A stretch of 63,398 nucleotides of DNA, counting the filler, from Chrysochromulina tobinii (taxonomy: Eukaryota): assembly GCA_001275005.1 (NCBI GenBank). It is 6 parts of 6 records of this genome, joined end to end, with 100 filler letters (N's around TTAATTAATTAA, not from the genome) between each part and the next. Parts side by side here need not be neighbours in the genome. Positions count along the whole stretch, not along the records: positions 41,882 to 60,104 come from JWZX01001169.1; 5 more parts are not named here. One strand, 5' to 3'. Position numbers and translations under genes: made by a program. The notes below the pieces were generated by a model. That model was not told the origin of the DNA. It was given only the letters and a program-made list of their open reading frames with translations, and made no database searches. Shown piece after piece: positions 42,880-54,461 of the stretch (positions within the stretch are counted from its first letter, which is position 1; every line of letters begins with the position of its first letter).

Positions 42880-45288
42880 ATGTCCGATGAGAAGATGCGC
42901 GCGCTTGCCCCAGGGCGGCAGTACATAGCAGCCGTCGAGATCGTGCAGAACACAGTTCGCTGGCTCAGGCGATCAAGGCAGATCTCTCGGGATTCCCTCA
43001 TAGAGATCCCACGCAACTCGTTGCCCCCGCGTATCGAGATCCCCAGCGACCCACCGTCGCCGGCCATCAGGAGCACATCTAGATCCTCGAGTCGCACAGG
43101 CTCTAGTCCAACATGGCGCGATGCTAAGCAACGCTCGTCTCCCAGCCCGACCTTTGCGGATGTCCTTGGCATCGGCAGCCCTCGAAATAGCCTCACAAAC
43201 AGCTCGATCGAAGAGGTCCATGTGCCCGCAGTCACGCCTCGACATGACGACGCTGGGCCGGAAGCCGACTATTGGGATCAGGCCGATATGACGATGCACA
43301 CACGGGTTGGATGGCATCTTCGCCGCAAACTGCGAAATCATCCCATCATACTCGACGAGCTCGAAAAGTGCACGTACTGCGTGCTCCCCAAAGGCGCGAG
43401 CTCAAACCTCAACTTCAAGGACTATACTCAGTTGCAGCTCACGCTTTACAAGGCGCTTGTGCCGAAGTTCAACGAAAAAGACGCGCGCAAGTGTGCCAAG
43501 GAAGACTGGCAAACGGACTGCAAGGGCGAAGACGGCATGAACCGTGAGCACCTGAAGGACTCCATCTTCGAGCTCGCCGATAATTGGACTCGCTCCATCG
43601 ACCCTCGCGAGTACTTTGGATTCCTTCGCACGCTCTTCACGTCGATGTGCGTAGGAGATCCTCCTCGGCTTCGGCCGCTCGACCAAGTCAACACATGCGC
43701 CGCTCTGCTCGACGGCTGCTTCGACGAGGAGGATATGTCTGCCGAGCTCCTCGCGAGCTTCGACTCGGCACAAGCCAGTATTGAGCGCGCCACCAAGGAA
43801 GCAGCGGCTGCGGCGGAGAAGGCCGCGGCCAAGGCCGTGGCCGCGGCGACCGAGGAAGCAGAGCGGCAGCGGCTCTTGACGCTTGACCCATTCTACGCCG
43901 AGAAGGGCGCGGTGCAGAACGAGGTGGACGCCGTGACGGCGCGGCTGGAGGAGCTACGCCGTCGGCAGGCTCTCGGGCTGCTCACGGCGGAGGAGCTCGC
44001 TGAGCTCGAGCGGCTCGAGACGCGGCTGGCGCAGCTGCAGACGGTCCAAGCAGCTCTCGAGCTGGGCTCCGAACGCGATGCCCTCGCCACACGCCTTGCT
44101 GAGCTCCAGCGGCGGCAGGAGCTCGGCTTGCTGACGGATGAGGAGCGCAACGAGCTTGAGGCGCTGCATCGACAGATGGCCGAGATGCATGCGGCCGCAG
44201 AAGCGCTGGGCGCGGAGCAGGATCGTCTCGCTGAGGCTCAGCGGAGTTTTGAGGCCTTCTGCAATGCATCGCTGCTTGACGACGACGGTGTCGTCAACGG
44301 AGGGACCGCGAGGCGCGTGCGCTTCGCGGTGGCCGGGGCAGGGGAACCGCCGACGCTCGTGAGGCTGCGGCAGCTGTGCCGCGTGCATCAACAGGTAGGA
44401 ATGTGCTCGGTGCCGCATCGCAAATTTGTGGACGCCTGGGTACCTACCACGAGCCCACGCGTCGATCGTACTGTCCTCGGTCTCATCGAGCAGCGGGCGC
44501 TCGGTAAGGCACGACGCGAATCGACGGCGGCAGCCTTGGAGGTGGCCGAGGCCGAGGCGGATGCCGCCGCGCGTGAGGCACACATAGCGCGATACCAGGC
44601 GGCCTTGTGCGTCGAGGAGAGGCGTCTGGTCGATCCCAGCGTTGTCGTCGCCGCCACCGTGGCTGCTGCTCATGCGAACTTGGAAGCCATGGCGAAGGCG
44701 GCGGCGAGGAGCCGCGCGATGGCACAAGTGGAAGCAGCTGCTTTCGGGCAGCCCATGCCGCCACAAGCGAGCCCGTCGACGCTCGCATCGATTGCCTCGC
44801 TACCCGCGCCCAGTCGCGACATCAATTTCGGCACGTGCTGCCTGAGGGTCGCTCAGAGGGTGAATACTCCTCGGGAGAGCTCGTTCGTGCCGTCCTTGGC
44901 GCGTGTGCCTAGGGCGCAGGCTGAGGGCGAGATCTGCATCAAAATGCCTACTGTGACACCCCTGAGGCGTCCGCGCTCGGTGCAAAGCTCGGTGCGCTCG
45001 TCGCATACCGCCACATCTAACTACAACATGACATACAACAGGCGCTCATTGCATGGTTGCGAGCCGGCCTGGGCCATCGCGCCGCCCATGGCGCTCTCTC
45101 CTGGCTCGTACCGCGACGGCAGCATGCGCCCCAGAAGCAGCGCCAGCGGATCTCACCGTGGTTCGCCACGGCACCAAAAATTGGGGCTCCGAGCGAGCGA
45201 TCGCGCGTCATACACATCTGCCCCTGCTGCCTCAGAGTCGCAGGCGATCGCGCCATGGACTCCGACGAGCAGCGGATCCTGCGCGTGA
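42880..45288 (+). CDS. Hypothetical protein with an EF-hand-like helical domain and a coiled coil
   Basis: LYKALV...EDWQTD...DSIFELADNWT...EYFGFL, followed by duplicated RLxELxRRQxLGLLTxEE coils. Confidence 0.75.
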   Translation: MSDEKMRALAPGRQYIAAVEIVQNTVRWLRRSRQISRDSLIEIPRNSLPPRIEIPSDPPSPAIRSTSRSSSRTGSSPTWRDAKQRSSPSPTFADVLGIGSPRNSLTNSSIEEVHVPAVTPRHDDAGPEADYWDQADMTMHTRVGWHLRRKLRNHPIILDELEKCTYCVLPKGASSNLNFKDYTQLQLTLYKALVPKFNEKDARKCAKEDWQTDCKGEDGMNREHLKDSIFELADNWTRSIDPREYFGFLRTLFTSMCVGDPPRLRPLDQVNTCAALLDGCFDEEDMSAELLASFDSAQASIERATKEAAAAAEKAAAKAVAAATEEAERQRLLTLDPFYAEKGAVQNEVDAVTARLEELRRRQALGLLTAEELAELERLETRLAQLQTVQAALELGSERDALATRLAELQRRQELGLLTDEERNELEALHRQMAEMHAAAEALGAEQDRLAEAQRSFEAFCNASLLDDDGVVNGGTARRVRFAVAGAGEPPTLVRLRQLCRVHQQVGMCSVPHRKFVDAWVPTTSPRVDRTVLGLIEQRALGKARRESTAAALEVAEAEADAAAREAHIARYQAALCVEERRLVDPSVVVAATVAAAHANLEAMAKAAARSRAMAQVEAAAFGQPMPPQASPSTLASIASLPAPSRDINFGTCCLRVAQRVNTPRESSFVPSLARVPRAQAEGEICIKMPTVTPLRRPRSVQSSVRSSHTATSNYNMTYNRRSLHGCEPAWAIAPPMALSPGSYRDGSMRPRSSASGSHRGSPRHQKLGLRASDRASYTSAPAASESQAIAPWTPTSSGSCA

Positions 45289-45662
45289 CCGTCATTGATC
45301 GAGAGATGGATTGGCCCCGCACTGAGTTCAAAATCAGGTGGTGGGGATAGTGTGTGAATCCAGAAAGCATACCTCCCCCTACCCCTTTGGGTCAAAGCCG
45401 GATCGGAAAACAACGTTCGGTTTCCATTCAAGCGGGTCGACGATCGCTCGTTCGAGTGAATGATTACCGCCGCACACGCAGCAACTCGCATCTGCTGCGC
45501 AGGTGGGCGACGCGAAGGGGATCCGGAAGAAGATCACCGAGATGAAGATGCGCCTTATCAAGGTCGCGCTTAAGGCGACCGGGCGGGGCTATGCGTTAAG
45601 TTAGTTAAGCGGCCTGCAGGCCCGGCGGATGATTGAGTATGGCTGTGTGATAAGGGGGTCCA

Positions 45663-45875
45663 GGGGTCCCCGAGCTAAAAAAAGTTTGTCTTTTGTCTCA
45701 CGTGGACCGTACCTAACGAGGCGGGCGACCATCGGGCGGCTAGAACCCCCCCTTGTGGCAGAGGGCGGTTCGTTGATCCCCCCCTAGCCCCTACGTGCCA
45801 CCCCCACAAGTATAACGGCCAATACGGCCCGGGGTTCATCAGACTGATGACACCCGGTGGGGTCCCCGAGCTAGT
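45663..45875 (+). mobile_element. Small element bounded by 15-bp direct repeats, ending in hairpin + CTAG-T
   Basis: ggggtccccgagcta at 45663 and 45859; hairpin 45829-45857; CTAG at 45871-45874. Confidence 0.5.
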
Positions 45876-46072
45876 GGTAACCGCATCCGTACGTACGCCG
45901 GCCTGGTGTCTTGTGCGTCGTTGGTGTGTTCACATGAAGGGACAGGATGAACACGTCGCCACCAAAAACTCCGTGCTGATGTCTGGAGGCCTCGTGGTTG
46001 TTGCCTGCCCGTGTACGCCTTGTTGTGAAGAGCGTGCTCCGTGAGGGGTGGCGCTCTAGCGCCACTGTGCGA

Positions 46073-46660
46073 ATGGCCACCATCGACGTTGAATGCCCAC
46101 CCGGGGTCGGCGCGGGCGAGCTCATCGCCATCACATGGGGCAATTCCACTTTCAACGTTGAATGTCCAGCCGGAGTTGCTGCCGGTGAGATTTTCACAGT
46201 GGCGCTGCCCGACGATATGGACGCAGAGCCACCTTCGCTCCCCGTTTTGGGCGTGGTCGTCGCTTCCGTCGAGGCGCAGGGTGGCGACGGCTCAGATGGA
46301 AGCCAGGTTTTAGAGGCTGCTCTCAAGGCGGTGATCGACGCAATCGAGGATCACAACGATCCCGATCTTGACGAGCTCGTCGATGGCAGCTGCGCAGACT
46401 TTGCCGACTTTGACGGCGAGGCGAAGCTAGAGTGGACACCGATGTACGAGCGCTACGTAGAGCTGCTCGAGGACCTCGTGACGCAGACGCTGGACTCATT
46501 GGCTTGTAGCCCTCGAGACGTCTTTGCGTACGCACAAACTTACAGCCCGAGCGACGAGCGCTCGCAGAAGCTGATTGCAAAGCTCTTGGCGATGGCCGAC
46601 TTTACAAGTTTCTGCGTGATGATGCGTGACCGACACGAAATCCTGCAGATGTTTGGATGA
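46073..46660 (+). CDS. BART (ARL2-binding/CFAP36-like) domain protein with an N-terminal VxCPxGV doublet
   Basis: KLEWTPMYERYVELLE...LLAMADFTSFCVMM. Confidence 0.8.
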   Translation: MATIDVECPPGVGAGELIAITWGNSTFNVECPAGVAAGEIFTVALPDDMDAEPPSLPVLGVVVASVEAQGGDGSDGSQVLEAALKAVIDAIEDHNDPDLDELVDGSCADFADFDGEAKLEWTPMYERYVELLEDLVTQTLDSLACSPRDVFAYAQTYSPSDERSQKLIAKLLAMADFTSFCVMMRDRHEILQMFG

Positions 46661-47299
46661 GCGCAGTCCAGGGACGCTGTGGGGGACGCGAAAGTGTTCA
46701 TGTTCATGTGCAAATGCCTGTCTGTGATCTCATCCTCCTCTAGATACCGACGAGGGACTGTACCGACGAGGGACTCTCGACATGTCTCTACGAGATTCTC
46801 AGTCTCAACATCGAACATTCACCCATCATCTTCGCCGTCCACCCTGCGCGGCGACCGGCATGCGCACCGCGTACCTGACCTGCCCCGCGAAGATAAAAAA
46901 TCTACATGTACTCTTCGCCTTTCTCAACACTCGTCTTCTCCGTGCTCCCCGCGGACAAAGCAAGCCTTTGTGTCTGCCCGTTTCTCTCTCCACCCTCGCG
47001 CTTCCCACATGAAGATGCACATAGCGAATACCTCTAGCGAATACCCGACCCGTCCGACCTCGCTGCTCTTGCGCAGCTCTCTCTCTCTCTACCTGCGCGC
47101 GATTTTTCTCCCCTGCGAAGCGCAATATCGTCCTCGTCTCGTCCTCGGGCTCCCAGGTGAGCTCACGAAGGGGTGCTCAGCACAGCGCCAAATAAGGGTG
47201 GGCACGTCGCTCACCGCCGCGAACTCTCTGCGGCACTTTTCTTTACCCGAAGCCTTCGTTCCAGGAGCGCCCGCGCCCCGCGCGTCTCGTGTTTGCGCA

Positions 47300-49231
47300 A
47301 TGCCCGAGGTCGACGTGCTCAAGATCACCAACGACGATGCGGCCTTCGTGCTGGGGAAGAACGGCAAGACCAAGGAAAAGATTGCGCGTGTTTCTGGCGC
47401 CGAGCTCGACCTGTTCGAGCACTCACTCACGCTTGAGATTCGGGGAACGGCCGAGGAGCGCAAGAAGGCCAAGAAGTACGTTGAGTGTGTGATGGCACAG
47501 CGGATTGGCCCGGTGACCATCGTGGAGAACTCGGACGACGATGACCTCACCGTTGTCATGGTGCCATCGGAGGCCGTCGGCTTTGTGACTGGCTCGCAGG
47601 GCAACTTTCTGCGGCAGGTTGAGGAGGAGTGGGGCACGCTGATGTTCTTTGCCGACTTCCGCGGGCGTGGCGAGCGCCAGGAGGGCGACATGGAGAAGCT
47701 CGCCATCTTTGGCAACCAGCGCGCTCGCCGTGGCGCGCAGCTCAAGGTGATGGCGGCCGTGGAGACCAAGATGCCCGGCTATTTCACCACCAATGTGAAA
47801 GAAGGCGACGACAACCCGACAGGGTTTGGGACCCACAACCTCGTCCTGAAGCCGGAAGACCTCTCGTACGCCCTCGGCAAGAAGGGCATGACGCGCAAGA
47901 AGCTCGCGCGCTCGTCGGGCTGCATCGTCGAGTACGTCGGGTACACGGTCTTCATGTCGGGCATGCCCGATGAGCGCAAGCGCGCCAAGGAGTACCTCAC
48001 CTGGCTCTTCGACCAGCTTCGTGGGCCCGTGTACGTCGATGGCTGGGAGAGTCGCGACGATTGCACGATGGTGGACGTGCCGCGGGACTGTGTTGGCTAC
48101 GTCACGGGAGCGCGCCGCGCCACCCTGAGCAAGATCGAGGAGGAGTGGGGCACTCTGATGTTCTTCATGTCGACCAACATGCGCCGCGACGACCGCGGCC
48201 AGTCGGCCGAAGGCCGGCGCGATTTCGACGGCTCGGAGAAGCTCGCGATCTTCGGCGACCGGCGCGGGCGGCGCGGCGCGGAGCTCAAGTGCATGTCGGC
48301 TGTGGAGACCAAGCGGCCGGGCTACTTCACCAAGGATGTCAAGAAGCACACGAGCGAGCGCGAGGGCTTCGCCAGCGATACGATCCTGATGGATGAGAGC
48401 GAGCTCTCGTACGCGCTCGGCAAGGACGGCGCCACACGGCGCAAGCTCGCGCGCGCATCGGGCTGCATCATGGAGTACGTCGGTCAGGTCGCCTTCATCT
48501 GCGGCACCATTGAGGAGCGCACGCGCGCGCGCACCTACCTCAAGTGGCTTCTCAAACAGCGCTCGGGCTCAGTGTACGTCGAAGACCTCAAGGAACGCAC
48601 TGACGTGACTATCGTGCCCGTGCCGCGCGAGGCGATCGGCTACGTGACGGGCAACCGTGGTTCATCCCTGCGCCAGGTCGAAGAGGATTCGGGTACCTTC
48701 TGCTTCGTCGAGGGCGGTCGGGGTGAGTCGGAGCAGCTGCTCATCTTCGGGCACAACAAGCCAGATCGCGAGCTGGCAGAGCGCCTCGTCAACGGACTCA
48801 TCAACGAGAAGATGCGCGGCGATGGCCGGCGCTTCGACGACCGCGGAGGTGGCGGCTACGACGATCGCGACCGGGGACGTGGCGGCTACGAAGATCGCCG
48901 TCCGGACGATCGTGGGGGTGGGAGCCGCGGCTACGAGCGCCACGATGATCGCGATCGTGGGCGCGACTACGACCGCCGCGACGATCGCGATCGTGGGCGC
49001 GACTACGACCGCCGCGACGATCGCGATCGTGGGCGCGACTACGACCGCGACCGCGACCGCGACCGCGACCGCGACCGCGACCGCCGGGGTGGCCGCGACT
49101 ACGACGACGATCGTGACGAGCGGCGTGGTCGTGAGTCCGACCGCGACCGTCGTGATGACGACTACGATCGCCGCCGCGGTAGCGACCGCGACCGCCGCGG
49201 TCGCGATGACGACTACGATGATCGCGACTAA
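47300..49231 (+). CDS. RNA-binding protein with six KH domains and an RD/RG-rich tail
   Basis: KH loops LGKNG, TGSQG, LGKKG, TGARR, LGKDG, TGNRG; (DR)n C-terminus. Confidence 0.9.
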   Translation: MPEVDVLKITNDDAAFVLGKNGKTKEKIARVSGAELDLFEHSLTLEIRGTAEERKKAKKYVECVMAQRIGPVTIVENSDDDDLTVVMVPSEAVGFVTGSQGNFLRQVEEEWGTLMFFADFRGRGERQEGDMEKLAIFGNQRARRGAQLKVMAAVETKMPGYFTTNVKEGDDNPTGFGTHNLVLKPEDLSYALGKKGMTRKKLARSSGCIVEYVGYTVFMSGMPDERKRAKEYLTWLFDQLRGPVYVDGWESRDDCTMVDVPRDCVGYVTGARRATLSKIEEEWGTLMFFMSTNMRRDDRGQSAEGRRDFDGSEKLAIFGDRRGRRGAELKCMSAVETKRPGYFTKDVKKHTSEREGFASDTILMDESELSYALGKDGATRRKLARASGCIMEYVGQVAFICGTIEERTRARTYLKWLLKQRSGSVYVEDLKERTDVTIVPVPREAIGYVTGNRGSSLRQVEEDSGTFCFVEGGRGESEQLLIFGHNKPDRELAERLVNGLINEKMRGDGRRFDDRGGGGYDDRDRGRGGYEDRRPDDRGGGSRGYERHDDRDRGRDYDRRDDRDRGRDYDRRDDRDRGRDYDRDRDRDRDRDRDRRGGRDYDDDRDERRGRESDRDRRDDDYDRRRGSDRDRRGRDDDYDDRD

Positions 49232-50070
49232 AGCACCCCTTTCGAAGGAAGCGCCATCCTGGTTACTTCGTGGAGGCCATTCATGCACACGACTTGTCGG
49301 CAGGCCTTCGATCAGTGCATCCGACGCGATTGCATCCATGAATGTCAGGCGAGCGGCGGCGACGTGGGGAGCGTGGATGTTGATGCCGTCATGCAGGGGA
49401 AACGTGGATTGCACGGCACTGTTGTTGGGGAGGGATGTGCTACCGTGCTTTGCCGCGGTGACGAGACGACACAGAACGCACCAGAGGCACTTTGGACAGG
49501 CGACAGGGCGATGAAGAAATTACCGGCTGCGAGACACGCAGGCGCGGCGGAGTCGTCGACGTTCACCGCGCACACACACGCGTCATGTGCATGCGGAGTT
49601 TCGTTTCTCTCGATGGGGTCACGTCCTGAGTCACATACACAACCTGAGTCACGTCCTGATCGATCCGTGCAGTGCTGGTACCTACCCCACGCCGTTATTA
49701 GTGCGTAACGCAGCGGAGGGAATCATATGAGTGAACAACGTGTCTCTGGTCTCGCTTCTCGGCACCGGCCCCTGCCAGGAGGCAGGAGCCCGCCCGCCCC
49801 CGGGGCCGGGCGGCCGCGCGCGCGTCCCGCCCCGGTCCCCCGCGCGGGCCCCGGCCGCGTGCACGAGTGCACCGTTTCACGTTCCGCACGGGCCAAAGTT
49901 AATGTTCGACAAAGACAAGGAAGACGGAACGGACCGCCAGCCAAACGAAACTCGAATCGCTTACCGTTCGGTTCGGTACAGTGTAGACTGCTCTACCGGT
50001 ACTAGTCTCATACCGGGTCGTTTTTGTCGTGTTTTTCCATTTTCGTGGTCGCGCAATAAAGAGTTATACA

Positions 50071-52793
50071 TTACGAGAAGCAGGCGCCTTCGATCTGTCC
50101 GCAGCGCCCAGGCGCACCCGTCCCGGGGCCGCCCACGTAGTGCCCAGCCGAGTTGAATCCGATCATACCGGGCCGGTCGCCGGGAGGATAGGGGCAGCGT
50201 CCATTCGGCATCTTGGCGAGCATTGCGCGCGTCGTCGGCAACCACTCCTGCTTCATCCCATTGTACCCTTCGATGTTGCACCAGGTGATCGGCTTGGTGA
50301 TTCTGCCGTCGGGCAGCGTGTTGTAGTCACAGAGCATCTGGCGTGGGCAGGTGGTTGAGTTGCCACGCTCGCGCAGCTCGACGCCCGAGTAGCCTGTCCT
50401 CGAGCCACACGCTAGGGCGGCCTGATCGACGACCGGGAAGGGCGTAGGCGAATGGAATCCCCATGTGCAGTTGTACGCGGTGAACGGGTTTTGCCAGTCA
50501 AAGCCGGGCTGGTTGTCTGCGGCGAGCGGGGGAGAGTGTGAACGTGAACGAGAGGATCGGGAGAAGGCGGGCAGGCAGCTGAGCGAGAGTAGAGTGAGAG
50601 TCAGAGAGACGAAAGAGGCCGCCCTGCGAAGCACCGCAGCCGCGGCGCAGCAGTGGCGCAGCCGCGGCGCAGCAGCAGCGCAGTAGCGGCGCTCGTGAGG
50701 TGGTCCTCTTGCGGGCACGTACATCCGCCCATATCTTCCTCTGGGCAGTAGCGTGACGACTCCGTGAGAATGTACATGGTGAGCTGATTGAAGTCGTCTT
50801 GCTGCTGGTGCGAGCCGAGCCAGCGGCAGAGACGTCGCAGGTCGGCATTGGCAATCTGGATGACGCGCACGCTCGGGTTCGCCTTGAGTACCGCCGCCTT
50901 GACGGCGCTCAGTGGCGTGGCATACGGGAGATGGACTCTCGTGCGCGAGACCTCGCCCTCGGGAGAGGGCTGGGACTCGCCCGCGGCGGCCACGGTCACG
51001 GTCACTACATTCTCGGACATCTCGGCGGGTACGTTGGGGTTGTTAAGGAATGTGTGCTCTCGGAACTTGACGCCCTTAAGATTCCATCGATGCGTGTCGT
51101 ACAGCGAGTCCATCGGGCATCCAAACGGCAAGCCCATCGATTGGATCATGGGCATGCGGCAGCGCCTAAGGAAGCCCCAGTACCGGTCGCAGTGGCACCA
51201 GAGCTTCGGCAGCACCATGATCCCACCGGTCGCGGTAGCGAGCGCGAGTAAATCGCGCACCGCCTGCCGCTGCGGCGCATCCATGAACATGTGCCGTTGT
51301 GGGGACCATTCGGGGAAGCGCTTGTACACTGCCTTTTGGTACTCTTCAGTGGTGCTCTGCCCCTTGAGAGAGATGAAGATGCCCTCGGTGAAATACTCGG
51401 GTGGGTCGACGACCCACAGCCCCGCCTCGCGCGCGCGCTGCCGCTTGCCGTGAGGGTAGTCGCCCGTGTCCCCAAATTGGAATGTGAAATGCACAGTGAT
51501 CGGCTGGTTCTGTGGCTTTTCGAAGCCCTCCATAGATTGAACATTCTGGTTGAACCACGTGTGGCCGCCGGTGAACGGGCGGATCGGCAGCGTGCCAAAG
51601 GTGAAGGCGACCTTTTCACACGACCTTCTCCCTGCGACGCCTGTGAAGGCCTTCGGGCTCTCCAGGCACGGCGGGAACTCCCTCGGGCTCTGATGCACGC
51701 GACGCACGTTGGGAGGCAAGTTGGAGAAGGCGCCCGCCGGCACGACGACGCCCTCGGCAAGCAAGCTGGCCATCCAGCTGGCATACGCCGAGGGCTGCAG
51801 CTCTTCGCCGCGGACGACCTGGTTGAAGAGGCTCTGGTCGTTGACGTTCTCATCGAGGTCCTGACGTCCCTTTTGGGCGAGCATCGCCTTGCGCCAACTC
51901 TGAACCATGGCGAGCGACCCCCTGGTGTTGCGAAAGTAGACGACGCCGGTGTTGAGCTCCAGGTGTCCGTAACCACTGATCTTCCCCTGGGCGTCGCGCT
52001 GCGAATCGAGCTCGTCCGTGGTCACGAGCACGTCGGCCGCGCCGAGTAGCGCCGCCTCGGGCACCGGCGGGTTGGCAAGGTCGGCCCACGTCATCCAGCG
52101 CTGCCAGTGGCCGTTGAGCCACACCACATCAAGGTCCGAGATGAGCACATTGAAACCGATCGAGAGCAATTCCCACAAGAAGGCGACCTTGACGAGGCCC
52201 ATCTCGAGGAAGTCCGAGTTGTGGTGCCGAAAGTACTTCCATTCGGACTTCATCTCGTACAGCTCGGCGTGCTTGGGGCGCCGCTCATACGTCCATACGT
52301 CGAGCTCCGGCACGATGCCTGCCGCCGGCACGCGCAGCTCATTGCACTGCTTGAGCAGCGGCGCGTCGGCCGCGCCGACGAGAAGCGGCTGACCTACCAT
52401 CGCCTTGCGGACAAAATGCAGCCAATTCTTGACAAAATCCATCATCACGGCCGAGCCGAAGGTGAAGTGCAACGTTGTGCGGCGCGGCTCCAAAGAGGCG
52501 AGCGTGGTCTGAGCATGATCGTTGAAGGCGAGCGCGCTCCCATTAGGCAGCAGCCATGATGGCAACTTCGCAGGAGCCATCGCATCACTTGTATCAGGCA
52601 GTGGCGGAGGCGGCGGCATCAGGTCGAGTTGCGGCCGCCGCCGTGGAAAATGCTGTATCACAACGTGTTGATTGCCCAAGCGGCCAGTAGCAGGTGCCCA
52701 GCTGTTGTCCAAAGTGTTCAGAGTACTCACGCGATAGAATAGCGTCAACAACAAGGCCGCGGCAGCCGACGTACAGAGGAGTCGCGTCCGCAT
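50071..52793 (-). CDS. Nucleotide-diphospho-sugar transferase, GT77 / XEG113-like arabinosyltransferase (intron 50517-50722)
   Basis: N-terminal TM anchor, DFVKNW, MGLVK, VLISDLDVVWL, LNTGV, DQSLFN, VHFTFQ...GKRQRAREAGLW, LPKLWCHCDRYW, CPMD. Confidence 0.88.
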
Positions 52794-53130
52794 CGAAGGG
52801 TCAGTGCTCAGGACGGCGCGTAGGAGGACTTCGGTTCAGTTGTACCGCGTACCCTCCGCGCTCAACATGAATTCGGATCCCGCGATCTCTCCGCGATCTG
52901 TGTGACCACATTCGCGGTATGATTGTGGTGCGGTGAAGCGACTGTATGACGTGTGCGAGGTGTTGCCCTTCACGCATTTGAGTTTGGTTTGTGCGTGTTG
53001 GTGTGTTGTGAATGAAATGGTCTGCTCACAGACCCTGCATGTGTCCCTGTGTGGTGTGGTGTGTGAGAGTCGAGTCGGTCCGGTCGCAAGCTACGATTCA
53101 CTAGATTCACGTCAAACATCGCGAGCGAAT

Positions 53131-54126
53131 TCATGCAAATCGAGCGAGAATCGAGTCTCGCACCCGGTCGAGGCTTGGATGGATCGAGAAAAGGCGGATG
53201 AGGACCGCCGCTGCCGATGCCGGAAACAAGTCTCCCAAGGCCACCGACGCAGTGCTCGGGTAGTAGCGCGTGCGCGGGTACGGGTGCGTGAGCGCATGCA
53301 CGATGGCGGCGTCAGTCTGCGGGCAGCATGCCGGCGCGAGCTCCCTGTGCTTTGCATCCTTGCTCCACAGCGCCTCGAAGAGCTCATAATAGACGCGCCG
53401 TTCAATCTCCGTGAGGCTGGCATTCGCTTGGGGCGGCGATCCTTTGTCACGGATGGCGGTGTGAATATAGCCAGGGCTGACGAGGGAGACGCTCACACCT
53501 AAGGGCGCGAGCTCCTGGCGGAGCGTGTCGCTGAGCGCCTCGAGCGCGTGCTTGGTCGCCGAATACGGGCCCTGCATGGGCATGCTGATGATGCCATTTA
53601 CGCTGCCAATGTTGACAACGCGACCCCTCGCTCGGCGCAGAAGCGGCAGAAATGCTTGTGTGACTGCCAGGACACCGAGCACGTTCACATCAAATAGAGC
53701 TCGCACTTGCTCGAGGTCAGCCGTCTCGAGCGGCCGCTTATACGTGGTGCCAGCATTGTTCACCAGACCGATTAGTTTACCACCACCTGCTACTTGAGCC
53801 GATGCCGTGATGTTGGCGAACGCGTTGGCGATGTCGATCGGGTTGGTCACATCTAGCATCAACGGGCGCAACCGTGGTCCATGCTTTTCGGCGAGCTCGT
53901 GCGCCGTCGTTTCGTCGCGTACGCCAGCATACACGATGAAGCCTACATCGAGGAGTGCAAGGGCTGCAGCACGGCCTATGCCGGTTGAGGCGCCCGTGAT
54001 TAAGACAGCACTCCGTTTTACGTGATACTCGGTGTGGGGTTGCAAGAGAACGTAATGTATTGGCATTACGGCGATGGCGACGGCGATGGCGAGTACGACG
54101 ACAGCACGGCGGAGCGCATATGACAT
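53131..54126 (-). CDS. Short-chain dehydrogenase/reductase (RDH/17-beta-HSD-like)
   Basis: ITGASTGIG, LVNNAG, GRVVNIGS, YSATK. Confidence 0.93.
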   Translation of the reverse strand: MSYALRRAVVVLAIAVAIAVMPIHYVLLQPHTEYHVKRSAVLITGASTGIGRAAALALLDVGFIVYAGVRDETTAHELAEKHGPRLRPLMLDVTNPIDIANAFANITASAQVAGGGKLIGLVNNAGTTYKRPLETADLEQVRALFDVNVLGVLAVTQAFLPLLRRARGRVVNIGSVNGIISMPMQGPYSATKHALEALSDTLRQELAPLGVSVSLVSPGYIHTAIRDKGSPPQANASLTEIERRVYYELFEALWSKDAKHRELAPACCPQTDAAIVHALTHPYPRTRYYPSTASVALGDLFPASAAAVLIRLFSIHPSLDRVRDSILARFA

Positions 54127-54461
54127 CGAGTGGCCTTCACAGTTTGGGCTTACTTGTTAACAGTGAAACGAGACACAGAGAAGAACTGCAACCAAATCTC
54201 GGAAGCTCAGGAGCTAAAGCGGTCAGAGTTAGAGCAACCGGTGCTCCGCGAGCCCACCCTCCCGAAGTGGTGGGGCACGGCCGGCGCTCCCTTCACAGTT
54301 TCATTTTGTCTTCCCGGATTTCACATGTGAACCCGTTTTTTCCTCACGAAAAGACTGGTCGATGCAAACTGCTCTACGGAGCGGCGTCTTTGGGGAGTTC
54401 ATTTCCAAAAGACTAGCACGAGACTAGACTAGACTACCGACTAAACTGCCAACTGGTTTTA

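Noticed and set aside
45844..45860. Hammerhead ribozyme core (CTGATGA)
   Set aside because: No GAAA after the putative stem II; the motif is one arm of a simple hairpin.
46679..47299. N-terminal 207 codons of the 850-aa KH ORF
   Set aside because: Pyrimidine-rich and non-protein-like; the probable start is the ATG at 47300.
49975..50006. Third Helitron 3' end (gtagactgctctac...ctagt)
   Set aside because: The hairpin is short and not GC-rich; it could be chance.
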